Shown here one piece after another: positions 17,519 through 26,860 of a stretch of DNA of 64,000 nt. Position 1 is the first letter of the stretch. Each line of letters opens with the position of its first letter. Source of the stretch: Patescibacteria group bacterium (GTDB lineage Bacteria; Patescibacteriota; Patescibacteriia; Patescibacteriales; UBA12465). Location: positions 117,857 to 181,856 of the forward strand of contig JBAZJR010000002.1 of the NCBI GenBank assembly GCA_041651195.1, in the 5' to 3' direction. Under the pieces are notes generated by a model that was given only the letters and a program-made list of their open reading frames with translations, searched no databases and had not been told where the DNA came from. The position numbers and the translations under genes are program-made.

Positions 17519-18400
17519 CTAAAGATCTTCAACTTTTATAAATTTTTGGGCAATGATATTATACGTGGCCAAAAATTCCTCTTGGCTCAGGTTATCGATC
17601 ACCACTTCCAAGCTTGCGCCTCGCAACACGTATTTTGATATGTGCGGCCAAGGCAGGTTGTTTTCTGAGAGCTTGCGTTTTACCAATGAAGATTCGCTAT
17701 CTGAAATAACCATAATCTTCTTTCCGATTTCTAGCGACATCTTTTCTATAGCTTCTCTGACACGATTATTTAACTGCCAATCATGATTAAAAAGCGTATC
17801 CAAGGCGTCAACGAAGATACCGTCCAAAAATTTACCAGCGAATTCACCGCTCGTTTCCGGATGCCAATTCTGTACATAATCGATGATTTCCGCATCAGTA
17901 CCGACTAAGCCGACGGCGCGGCATTTCTCAAGCCATTTGCCTAGACGCAAATCGTCTTCACTAGCGTGGCTATAGTTATGCCTTAAGATGGCGATATTAT
18001 GCTCTAATTCCTGGAAGGCATATATTGCCACTCCTGTATTATCTTGCACCTTGCAGCCTTCTTTTAATTCTCGATATTTCGAGAATATACCATGAATAGC
18101 TAAAATAGAAACGAACCCAACGTTGGGCAGAGACATAAGCCCGGCAAAATGACGATTATTCTTCATCAATGACGATTCTTTCTCGACGCTTAGAAGAATG
18201 ACGATATTATTAGAATCGTTAACATATTCCTTGGCAAGAGATAAGCTCGATCTTTCTTGTCGACTATGCCCTTCGCTTAAAACCGAGTTGACATCGATAA
18301 TTATCAGATTCTCCGCTTCCGTATCGTAAAAAAGGGCATCCAAAAAACGATTAAGCGCGTTGACAAATGGCTTGCTATCGGAAAGTATTGTGGCTTTCAT
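17519..18400 (-). CDS. hypothetical protein (low-GC orphan)
   Basis: 293-aa ORF with no motif I can name confidently. The N-terminal third alternates strand and helix like a flavodoxin/receiver-type fold; this is guesswork. Confidence 0.65.
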   Translation of the reverse strand: MKATILSDSKPFVNALNRFLDALFYDTEAENLIIIDVNSVLSEGHSRQERSSLSLAKEYVNDSNNIVILLSVEKESSLMKNNRHFAGLMSLPNVGFVSILAIHGIFSKYRELKEGCKVQDNTGVAIYAFQELEHNIAILRHNYSHASEDDLRLGKWLEKCRAVGLVGTDAEIIDYVQNWHPETSGEFAGKFLDGIFVDALDTLFNHDWQLNNRVREAIEKMSLEIGKKIMVISDSESSLVKRKLSENNLPWPHISKYVLRGASLEVVIDNLSQEEFLATYNIIAQKFIKVEDL

Positions 18401-18508
18401 CTTATTTCCCCTATTTATTTTTATTTAGTGAGTTGCGCCAACTTTCTAAACTATAGAAAGATCGAGCAACCCACCAAATTAGCTTATTGTTAAATAACAA
18501 GACAAAAA

Positions 18509-18537
18509 AATATATCATATTAATATATTTTTGTCAA
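18509..18537 (-). promoter_or_regulatory. near-consensus sigma70-type promoter
   Basis: Minus strand reads TTGACA (18537..18532), a 17-nt spacer, then TATATT (18514..18509), upstream of the 18400 start. Confidence 0.6.
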
Positions 18538-18558
18538 ATCTAATATAAAATAGCTCAT

Positions 18559-19197
18559 TCAAACCAATCTTATCTCCGGCCCACCGATCAACTCTTCCCG
18601 GCCGTCTTTTACCAGCAAAGCCTGTTTATCTGATAAGATCCTGACCGGATAAGCGGCGCGCGGTATTTCTTTTTGCAATAACTCACGATACTCTGGAAGA
18701 TAATGGACCGTCATTAAAAACGGCACCAGATTCATGCCCGTCAAATCAGTCAGGCTGCAATGGTCGTAGCGATCCTGATGCCGCCATAGAGCCATCTCGA
18801 TGGTCGGACAAGCGACATAAGTGCCGGCGCTGCCGCCCATATAGATAAAGCCTTGCGTCAATAATTCTTTGATAACGCTTTCAAAGCCGCTCTGCCGGAT
18901 CGACTTTAGAAGATAGAAAGTGCTGCCGCCGTTAACGAAGACCGCGTTAAAATCTGGGAACGTCGCCCGTAAACTGGCCGGCGTCTGGCCGTCCAGATCA
19001 AAATCTTCAAAATAAGCGCCGCCCTGCCGGAATATTTCCCTAGTCCGTTCTAGATATGATAAATCATCGACGCCCGGCCCTTTAGCCGCGGTAATGATAT
19101 GGGCGATCCGCAGCGTCGGCCAGGGCCGGCCGATGATCGCCGCAAGATCGTGATCTTTCAAAAATCTGGTACTCGATAATAAAAATAAAGTACTCAT
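18559..19197 (-). CDS. peptidase S51 (dipeptidase E-like)
   Basis: 212 aa with 'VFVNGGSTFYLLKSI' and 'YMGGSAGTYV' (nucleophile Ser context). Confidence 0.75.
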   Translation of the reverse strand: MSTLFLLSSTRFLKDHDLAAIIGRPWPTLRIAHIITAAKGPGVDDLSYLERTREIFRQGGAYFEDFDLDGQTPASLRATFPDFNAVFVNGGSTFYLLKSIRQSGFESVIKELLTQGFIYMGGSAGTYVACPTIEMALWRHQDRYDHCSLTDLTGMNLVPFLMTVHYLPEYRELLQKEIPRAAYPVRILSDKQALLVKDGREELIGGPEIRLV

Positions 19198-19201
19198 AGC
19201 T

Positions 19202-20056
19202 CTAGCTCAATAAACTCACTCCCGCCATCTCAGCCGGCTTAGCTAAACCCATGATGTCCAGGATCGTCGGCGCTAAATCGGCTAAGGTGCCGGCTGGCTC
19301 CAGTAAGCTGAGATCGCTATTCAGCGGTTCGGCCAAGCCGATAGTCCGGCCCTTGAAACTAGGGCCGGCAATGATCAGCGGCACTGGATTGTCTGTCATC
19401 TGCGCGTCAACTGATTCCAGGGCTAAGTTTCTAATCCGCTCGACGTTGCCGCTGGCAGCAGAAATAACTAAAACGCGATCCTGCGCCTCGCTGGCTACCC
19501 AGATCTGGCGTAAATATTTATCTAGATTCTCAATCGCCTTCTTGACTAGCGCTAGATCCCCGGTCTGCGCGACCAGATCCAGATAGGGCATAGCCGCGAC
19601 GATCAGATCGGGCGCCGCATCGGACGCGAGCTCCGCCAAGACCTCTTTGACAGTCCGCTTCAGGGCTAAAAGCGGCTTGACCGGCTGATCGCCCGCGGCG
19701 GAAGAAATTATCTTCCAATTTTCGCCGGACATCCTGTCTTCCGCATGGCCATTGAAAAAATAGGTCAAAGCGGCGAAACGTTCCGTTTCTGAAATCTTGC
19801 TCTGGGTCAGCCCAGCGGCTGCCAAGACGGCGGCCAAAGAAACCTTGACAGGAGCATCTTCGTCGCTTAATTCCCGGCCGGCGCCTAGGGACAGATAGCG
19901 CGCGTTCCGGCTCTGGCGGCCAGGCGATAGAAGCGCGACCGGATATTCTTTGACCAGATCAAAAAAAGTCGGAGTCTTGGCCGCGGTAAAAGCGTTGGCC
20001 TCGCTAAGCGGCGCGACCCCCCAACCATCTAATAATAACAAGAGGACTTGGGACAT
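19202..20056 (-). CDS. shortened cofactor-independent phosphoglycerate mutase-like protein
   Basis: 284 aa. The N-terminus 'LLLLLDGWG...AKTPTFFDL' and C-terminus 'GTLADLAPTILDIMGLAKPAEMAGVSLL' resemble the two halves of the iPGM phosphatase domain. The central region is missing. Lies directly after eno. Confidence 0.6.
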   Translation of the reverse strand: MSQVLLLLLDGWGVAPLSEANAFTAAKTPTFFDLVKEYPVALLSPGRQSRNARYLSLGAGRELSDEDAPVKVSLAAVLAAAGLTQSKISETERFAALTYFFNGHAEDRMSGENWKIISSAAGDQPVKPLLALKRTVKEVLAELASDAAPDLIVAAMPYLDLVAQTGDLALVKKAIENLDKYLRQIWVASEAQDRVLVISAASGNVERIRNLALESVDAQMTDNPVPLIIAGPSFKGRTIGLAEPLNSDLSLLEPAGTLADLAPTILDIMGLAKPAEMAGVSLLS

Positions 20057-20059
20057 AAA

Positions 20060-21310
20060 TTAATCTAAGAGATCGGCGATCGCCAGCAAACGGTTATATT
20101 TAGAAACGCGTTCACCGCGCGACAGAGAGCCGGCCTTCAGATAATCAGCGCCGGCCGCCACGGCCAGATCGACGATAAAATCATCATTCGTTTCACCGCT
20201 CCGATGGGAAACGATGACTTTATAACGATGCTTCTGCGCCAGCTTCAAGCACTCTATGGTCTCGGTCAAGGTGCCGACCTGATTCGGCTTGATGATAATG
20301 GCGTTCGCCGCCTTTTCCTGCAGGCCGCGGCGTAATCGGTCAGAGTGGCTGACGAAAAGATCGTCGCCGACAATCAGCGTTTCGTGCCCTAATTCGGCAG
20401 TCAACTCCCGCCAATCTTCCCAAGCGTCTTCGGCTAACCCGTCTTCCAAATAGGCTATCGGATATTTCTTCAACCATTCATTATATAAGCCGATCAAATT
20501 AGCGGAACTAAAGTTAACCCGATCTAACGGAAAGATATATTTTTTTGATTCCTGCTCATAAAGGAGCGAGGAGCCGACATCGATACCGAGCTGCAGATCC
20601 TGGCCCGGATGATAGCCGGCGCGCAAAGCCGCCGCCAAAATCAATTCTAAAGCCTCGATACTGGAATCAAGATCCGGAGCGTAGCCGCCTTCCAGGCCGG
20701 TATCCGTATCATAGCCAGCCGCCCGCAACACTTCGCCTAATTCATAGAAGATCTCTCCGCCGAGGCGGACCATTTCCGCGGCCGAAGCTGGTTTAGGGAT
20801 GATCAGAAATTCTTGAAAATCAAGATTAGTATCGGCATGCCGCCCGCCGTTAAAAATATTGAACAAAGGGACCGGAATTCGCGCTGGCCCGAAGTCAAAA
20901 GCTCTTTGCAAATAAACGAATAATTCTTGTCCCGCGCTTAAAGCGGCCGCGCGCGCGCTAGCTAAAGAAACAGCTAAGATCGCGTTAGCGCCCAAGCGGC
21001 TCTTATCAGCGCTCCCATCCAGAGCGATCAATTTCTTATCTAAGCCGGTCTGATCCTCCGGATTCTGCCCTTTTAAGGCGGGGGCGATAATATCTTTGAT
21101 CTTATCTAACGCTTTCAGGACGCCTTGCCCATGATAACGCTTCTGATCGCCGTCTCTTAATTCGCGCGCTTCATGCTGGCCCAGCGAGGTGCCGCTCGGC
21201 ACGCTGGCCGCGGCACTCAAACCGTTATCCAGAAAGATGCGGGCCTCGATTGTCGGCCGGCCGCGCGAATCCAGGATTTCCCGGGCCGTGATATTTTTTA
21301 TTTTGGCCAT
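20060..21310 (-). CDS. eno: enolase
   Basis: 416 aa with 'AREILDSRGRPT', 'IKPNQVGT' and 'SHRSGET'. Confidence 0.95.
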   Translation of the reverse strand: MAKIKNITAREILDSRGRPTIEARIFLDNGLSAAASVPSGTSLGQHEARELRDGDQKRYHGQGVLKALDKIKDIIAPALKGQNPEDQTGLDKKLIALDGSADKSRLGANAILAVSLASARAAALSAGQELFVYLQRAFDFGPARIPVPLFNIFNGGRHADTNLDFQEFLIIPKPASAAEMVRLGGEIFYELGEVLRAAGYDTDTGLEGGYAPDLDSSIEALELILAAALRAGYHPGQDLQLGIDVGSSLLYEQESKKYIFPLDRVNFSSANLIGLYNEWLKKYPIAYLEDGLAEDAWEDWRELTAELGHETLIVGDDLFVSHSDRLRRGLQEKAANAIIIKPNQVGTLTETIECLKLAQKHRYKVIVSHRSGETNDDFIVDLAVAAGADYLKAGSLSRGERVSKYNRLLAIADLLD

Positions 21311-21325
21311 AAGATTAATTATTAA

Positions 21326-22498
21326 CTATTTGACTATCTGGCTTAAGCCGGGCATCGGTTCGCCGCCCAAATAGGCGAGCATCGCGCCGCCCGCCGTCGA
21401 AATCCAATCGATGTATTCGGACATCTTGGTCAACTTCAAGGCGGCGACTGTTTCGCCGCCGCCGACCACGCCATAGGCGCGTCCGGAGGAACGAGCGGCG
21501 ATAAGCGCCGCAATCGCCAGCGTGCCATGCTTGAAACTGGCTTCTTCAAACTTACCCAGGGGACCGTTCCAGATAATGGTCTGCGCTTGCTTGATAAAAG
21601 CGGCATAAGCCGCGATCGTTGACGGCCCGATATCTAAGATCTGTTCGCTTTTCTTGACGGCCGCCGGCGAAACGACGCGGACGCGGCCATTTTTCCCGGC
21701 AACGACGACATCGAGCGGCAGGATTATCTTCCGATCCAGCTGTCTGCCCTTAAAAAATTTCTTGACGACGGCTGCGCTGCCATCATCGACCAAAGAGCCG
21801 CCGACTTCCCAGCCTTGGAACTTAAAAAAATTATTAGCCAGGCCGCCGCCAACCAGTATCCGCGAAGCGGCGGGGCGCAATTTCGCAAGGAGAGGCGCCT
21901 TCGTCTTGATTTTCGCGCCGCCCATGATCACTACCAGCGGCTTCTTCGGACGCAATATCCGGCCGAGCGCGCGGAGCTCTTTCTCTAAAGATAAGCCGGC
22001 ATAAGACGGCAAATATTTTTTGATAGCCGCGACGGAAGCCTGACAACGGTGAGAGACGGCGAAAGCGTCATTAACATAAAGATCCATACCGGCGGCCAAG
22101 CTCTTGGCAAAAGACAAATCATTGGCGTATTCCCCTTCTTGGAAACGCAGATTTTCCAAAACGACCAGCCCGCCCGGCTTGAGCTTCTTGATAGCCGCTT
22201 GGACGAGTGGTCCGGCCGCCACCGGTAAAAACGGGGCAGGACATTTCAAAAGGGATCTTAAACGACGGGCGATCGGCCGCACGGAATAGGCGGCATCCGG
22301 GCCTTGCGGTTCGCCAAGATGGGTCGCGATAACCAGACGAGCCCCGCGTGACCGTAAAAAATTAATCGTATCTAAAGCGGCAATGATCTTAAAATCATCC
22401 CTGATCTTTCCAGCGGCAAAAGGCACATTCAGATCCAAGCGCAAGAAAACAACTTTTCCGCGGCAGTTCTGTAAAGCGCTTAAAGATTTTATACGCAT
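21326..22498 (-). CDS. pgk: phosphoglycerate kinase
   Basis: 390 aa with 'RLDLNVP', 'LENLRF' and 'STAGGAML'. Confidence 0.95.
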   Translation of the reverse strand: MRIKSLSALQNCRGKVVFLRLDLNVPFAAGKIRDDFKIIAALDTINFLRSRGARLVIATHLGEPQGPDAAYSVRPIARRLRSLLKCPAPFLPVAAGPLVQAAIKKLKPGGLVVLENLRFQEGEYANDLSFAKSLAAGMDLYVNDAFAVSHRCQASVAAIKKYLPSYAGLSLEKELRALGRILRPKKPLVVIMGGAKIKTKAPLLAKLRPAASRILVGGGLANNFFKFQGWEVGGSLVDDGSAAVVKKFFKGRQLDRKIILPLDVVVAGKNGRVRVVSPAAVKKSEQILDIGPSTIAAYAAFIKQAQTIIWNGPLGKFEEASFKHGTLAIAALIAARSSGRAYGVVGGGETVAALKLTKMSEYIDWISTAGGAMLAYLGGEPMPGLSQIVK

Positions 22499-22508
22499 AG
22501 GACAATAA

Positions 22509-23657
22509 CTATTTTAACTCTCCTAATTTTATTTCCGCTGATTTTTCTACGCCTTCCCGCCGATAAGTCAAGGTGATGACGCTGCCCGGTTTATAGGTAG
22601 CAAGCAAATCAGCCAAATCGCTAGCCGCACCGATTTCCTGGTTATTGACCCAGGTGATCACGTCGCCGGCCTGCAGCCCGGCGGCTTCAGCCGGACTGCC
22701 TTTAATAACCGCCGCGCTCGTCGCTGTCGGGTAAAGCCAGGCGCCCTTATCCAAATTAATAGTCTGATGTTTAGTCGTGCTGAGATCTAAATAATTTACT
22801 CCGAGATAAATCGGACGCGAATCGCCCCCAGCGGCTAACACCGACCAGGCGGCGCTATAAGAAAAAGCCGGGATAACTTCATCGTCAGCCATCACCGCGG
22901 CCAGGTTCCCTGCCAGGTCAAAGACAAAAGAATTATTGAAATCATCGCCGGCGTCAGCCAAGCTCAAACGAGCGTTCAAACGGTCGCTGCTGAGGATGCG
23001 CGGCGTCTTGGTCAGCGCCGTCAAAGTGGTCGGCCGGATCGTCTGGCCGTCTTTGACGATCAACAGGCTGCCGCCTAAAACTAAGTCGGCGCGCGGCACG
23101 ATCTTCTTCACCGGCAAATTATTGGCATCAGCTAGATGGAAAATCAGGGGCGCTCCCGCCTGGTCTTTCGGGTCGGCCAGCTTATCGATGTGATAGACCT
23201 TACGGTCGCTGCTGATCGCGACATAGTCCTGCGCTCGGAAATCTTCTTTCAGGTCAGCCGGAACAAGCGCCATCACCCAGCCGTCGGCGGTGATGATCAA
23301 ACCGACGAATAGCGGTTCGTCCAATTTATAATAATCCGTCTTCTGGCCGATAGCCAGTGGGCTGGTGGTCGCTAATTCTTTGAAAATACCGACCAAAACC
23401 GGCCGTATATTATTGATTGTCTCGGTGATCTTCACGTCTTGATTGACGACTACCGTTTTGGGGTCGCGGATCACCAGGCCGGAATTATTGGCATTCAGGT
23501 TCGACAGATTGACTTCGCTGGAAAAAGGCGAAGAAAAATCCGGCCAAAGATAAACCCGACTGACAAGCGCGCCGCAAATGCCGGCTACCGCGCTGCATAA
23601 TAAAGCGATGCTAATGACCGGCCAAAGGTTTCCTTTCTGTTTCGATGGATCAGGCAT
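22509..23657 (-). CDS. membrane-anchored HtrA-like protein with a PDZ domain and no recognisable catalytic Ser box
   Basis: 382 aa. N-terminal TM helix, a trypsin-fold-like middle ('GLIITADGWVMALV'), and a C-terminal PDZ ('GSPAEAAGLQAGDVITWVNNQEI'). No GNSGG or GDSGG motif anywhere. Confidence 0.65.
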   Translation of the reverse strand: MPDPSKQKGNLWPVISIALLCSAVAGICGALVSRVYLWPDFSSPFSSEVNLSNLNANNSGLVIRDPKTVVVNQDVKITETINNIRPVLVGIFKELATTSPLAIGQKTDYYKLDEPLFVGLIITADGWVMALVPADLKEDFRAQDYVAISSDRKVYHIDKLADPKDQAGAPLIFHLADANNLPVKKIVPRADLVLGGSLLIVKDGQTIRPTTLTALTKTPRILSSDRLNARLSLADAGDDFNNSFVFDLAGNLAAVMADDEVIPAFSYSAAWSVLAAGGDSRPIYLGVNYLDLSTTKHQTINLDKGAWLYPTATSAAVIKGSPAEAAGLQAGDVITWVNNQEIGAASDLADLLATYKPGSVITLTYRREGVEKSAEIKLGELK

Positions 23658-23667
23658 AGTTTTTTGA

Positions 23668-24432
23668 TTATAACCAACGTGAAGTTAAAAGCAGGAGTAA
23701 AATTACGATCGCGCTTAAGATCAGCGGCAACTTTATCGTCCGCCGCCTTAGATTAGACCCTTCCGACAAACGGATCAAAATTAGGCCTAAATAGTAAGCA
23801 ATGGCGAAAAATAAAGCAAGAATATTAAAATTAAGCGGTAAGAGCGCGAAAGCGGCCGCTAATTCAGTCAGGGCTAAAACGCTCAAAAGCGGCAGCCAAA
23901 TCGATCGCGGCACATTATCCGGATGCGGCACAAGACGGAATTGCCAAAATAACAAGCCGCTTAAAACCGCTAATGACGGCAAGAGAAAATAGATCGGCCA
24001 ATTGGTGAAAGTCGAAAGATTGAACAAGAAAGCGGCAGCCGTAAAGGCAGATAAGAAGCCGCTAGACATAAGCAGATTATCCAATCTGAGAGACCATTCC
24101 GGCTGCTCGGCGCCGCTCGCAAAATAATAATATAAATTACGAAAATACAAAAATAAAAGATAAACTAGCAATACGCCGATCGATTGTATCCAGAAATTTC
24201 CGACGATGATCGCGATATAGGAAATGAAAGACAGGAATAACAAGGCTGGCGGGAGGATGAAGGGGAGCCAAAAAATCTTATTTTTAAGCGCCAGATACCG
24301 GACGCTCAGAGCGATCACCAAGACGCCTAAGGCTAAGCTAGAATAAAAAAAGCGCGGCTCCCATAAAAGCGCTTGGCTGAGCAGCCAAACCAAAAGAGGA
24401 GCGATAACCGGTATTAAGCGTTGATATCTCAT
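23668..24432 (-). CDS. hypothetical polytopic membrane protein
   Basis: 254-aa ORF with about 8 hydrophobic helices and no recognised motif. Confidence 0.65.
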   Translation of the reverse strand: MRYQRLIPVIAPLLVWLLSQALLWEPRFFYSSLALGVLVIALSVRYLALKNKIFWLPFILPPALLFLSFISYIAIIVGNFWIQSIGVLLVYLLFLYFRNLYYYFASGAEQPEWSLRLDNLLMSSGFLSAFTAAAFLFNLSTFTNWPIYFLLPSLAVLSGLLFWQFRLVPHPDNVPRSIWLPLLSVLALTELAAAFALLPLNFNILALFFAIAYYLGLILIRLSEGSNLRRRTIKLPLILSAIVILLLLLTSRWL

Positions 24433-24438
24433 AAGATG

Positions 24439-26808
24439 CTAGGGTTGCGTCGAGCTGGCCGCGGGCGCGGAGGCGTCGGTCGGACCTTGATTCTCTGGCG
24501 TTACGGATGGCGGCAAAAGACTAGGGGCGTCCGGCGGCGTAGCGGCCCCGCTCGTTGGCGGCGTAGTGCTGGCGACGGGCGGGACTACTACTGGCTTCGT
24601 AATGATATAGTCATCGCCGCCGCTCGTCAATTCCAAACTTTTCACTTCGCTCAGATCCGACAAGCTATTGATCTTTAGGAATTTATTGGAAAAAGTAAAC
24701 AGGTTATCGCCGATATACAGGCTGCGCTTCACCGTATTGTCATAATAATCAAAACCGCCCCAATAATCAGCTCGGGTGAAATTACCGCCGTCGGAATGGT
24801 CGATCCGGCCTTGCAGGCGCAAACGATTATCAGCCAGAGAAAAAATCAAGGCGCCGCCGAAGTTCAACCGTCCGTTCTCGCGCAATACCGCCGGAATAGA
24901 GAGCAGATCCTTCTCGGCCGAATAAAGGAAAGCCTTATGGTCAGCCAGCGCGATAGAGTCGCTAGTCGAATCGCCGATCAGATAGCTATCCAGTTCCTTA
25001 GGCTTAGTCACATCGGAAAAATCAAACAGGGTCAGTTTCAAGCCTTTGACTCTGACGCCGCCGTTCGCTGTTTCTTCGGTGTCGCGCCCTAAGCCGATGA
25101 TCTGCGAACCGTCGGCCTTGATCGGATGGAGATAATTAGAGAAACCGGGCAGCTTTAAGGCGCCTAAGACTGCTGGCTTAGTCGGATCGCTCAAACTGAT
25201 GACAAAGAGCGGATCGGTTTGCTTGAAAGTGACGAGATAAACGCGGTCGCCCAGAAAGCGGGCGGCATAGATCCGTTCCGTTGTCGCCAGATTCTCCAGG
25301 CTGCCGACTATTTTCAGGCTCGCGTTCAAGACATAAATATTGCTATGGGACTCTGTCGAAAAATCGGAAAAACGCGAAGATTGCTGCGCCCGCGTCGTCG
25401 CGACCCGGAAATAATCGCCGCTTTCATCTAAAGAAAATTGATTGAGGATATGGCCGTTCACTTCGCCCATCGCGCGATATTCCAGCTTATCGCCGTTAAC
25501 TGCGATCTTATGGATGACGGTCTTCTCTAATTCTTTGGCTTTCTGGACGAGTTTCTGCTTTAAGAGGCTGTCGATTTCCGCCTGTTGCGCTGTCCGCTCA
25601 GCGGCGGCTAAAGAATCTAGATAGCGGTTGATGATGGCCGACACCTTGCTCTTCTTCTCATGGTTGTTCAGGACGAAAACGGGCGCCGCTTCTATCTGCG
25701 CGATCTTATCCTGATCGCCGGCGGCCAGCTTCGGATAAAGAAGCTCGCGCTTTACCTCTTGCTCTAATTCATACTCGCTGAGATATTGGGTATAGGTGAT
25801 ATAGATATTCTTCTGAGAAACATACAGGGTCTGCCCGGCGCCGAGCAAATAGACCTGCCCGGACAGAGGCTGGCTATTGTCCTTGATATTGATAGCGGCG
25901 ATATTCGTAAAAGTATAGGAATCATAAGGGATATCGAAATAATAGATTTCCGGCATGAAACATTTCTGCGCGCCATCGCACTTGGTCGCTAAAACCTGGC
26001 CATTATCCAAGATACGCGGGAGTAAAGGTTCATTAGCTACATAATTGCCGTAGGTATTCGTCAGGAAATAAACATGATCCCCGATTAGCCGCGCCTCATA
26101 ATAGCTGCCTTCGAAATCCAGATCGCGGACCTGCTTGGGATTAAAGGGGTCGCTGAGGTCGAAGACCTTAAAGAAAGTATATGGATTCTGCCGGCGGAAA
26201 GTATCATAGACCGGCTGGCTGTAGATCTGGTTATCTGATCCGAAAACCGCCAGATAGCGGCCATGGATAAAAATATCTTGCGGTCGTGATTTGAAAGTGA
26301 TCTTGCTGACGACCGAGGCTTCGCCGGCCGGCGCCGCTTTGATGATAGACAGTTCATTCCTGACTAAAGCATAGATATAAGCGCCATCCGTCTTGATGAT
26401 ATCCGCTTCATCTACGCCGGCGACCTGATTATTAGTGCCCGAATATCCCAAAGAATTAACCGCGCTCTGACTAGCCCCCGCATCCCCGGCAGCCGCGCTC
26501 TCCAGCGCGACATTAGCCGTCGGCAAAGCGGTTTTAACCTGGCTGACAAAAGCCAGATCGCGCGTCACGTCGATATCCGGATTATTATTGGCGGCCAAGA
26601 ATTCCGCCAACTGCTCGTAATTGTCAAATTTTTTCAATTTACTGGTGTTCGTGAGAGTCAATGGAGTCGCCGTGGAAACAGCGGCGGGATCAATCTGCCC
26701 CGGGGTTGGCGCCGGAGACGCTTTCTTCTGCCAAGGGAAAGTGCAACCGCCAGCTAGAAGGATGACAAGAGTTAAGATAATCGATAATCTTAAGGATTTT
26801 TTTGACAT
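24439..26808 (-). CDS. secreted lipoprotein, beta-propeller domain family (PF09826-like)
   Basis: 789 aa. Lipobox 'LLAGGC'; 'GTNNQVAGVDEADIIKTDGAYIY', typical of that family as I recall it; Pro/Thr-rich C-terminal tail. Confidence 0.7.
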   Translation of the reverse strand: MSKKSLRLSIILTLVILLAGGCTFPWQKKASPAPTPGQIDPAAVSTATPLTLTNTSKLKKFDNYEQLAEFLAANNNPDIDVTRDLAFVSQVKTALPTANVALESAAAGDAGASQSAVNSLGYSGTNNQVAGVDEADIIKTDGAYIYALVRNELSIIKAAPAGEASVVSKITFKSRPQDIFIHGRYLAVFGSDNQIYSQPVYDTFRRQNPYTFFKVFDLSDPFNPKQVRDLDFEGSYYEARLIGDHVYFLTNTYGNYVANEPLLPRILDNGQVLATKCDGAQKCFMPEIYYFDIPYDSYTFTNIAAINIKDNSQPLSGQVYLLGAGQTLYVSQKNIYITYTQYLSEYELEQEVKRELLYPKLAAGDQDKIAQIEAAPVFVLNNHEKKSKVSAIINRYLDSLAAAERTAQQAEIDSLLKQKLVQKAKELEKTVIHKIAVNGDKLEYRAMGEVNGHILNQFSLDESGDYFRVATTRAQQSSRFSDFSTESHSNIYVLNASLKIVGSLENLATTERIYAARFLGDRVYLVTFKQTDPLFVISLSDPTKPAVLGALKLPGFSNYLHPIKADGSQIIGLGRDTEETANGGVRVKGLKLTLFDFSDVTKPKELDSYLIGDSTSDSIALADHKAFLYSAEKDLLSIPAVLRENGRLNFGGALIFSLADNRLRLQGRIDHSDGGNFTRADYWGGFDYYDNTVKRSLYIGDNLFTFSNKFLKINSLSDLSEVKSLELTSGGDDYIITKPVVVPPVASTTPPTSGAATPPDAPSLLPPSVTPENQGPTDASAPAASSTQP

Positions 26809-26860
26809 AAATAAAAAATTTAACGCTAATTCAGCTGCCGTAATTATATCATAAATTTGA

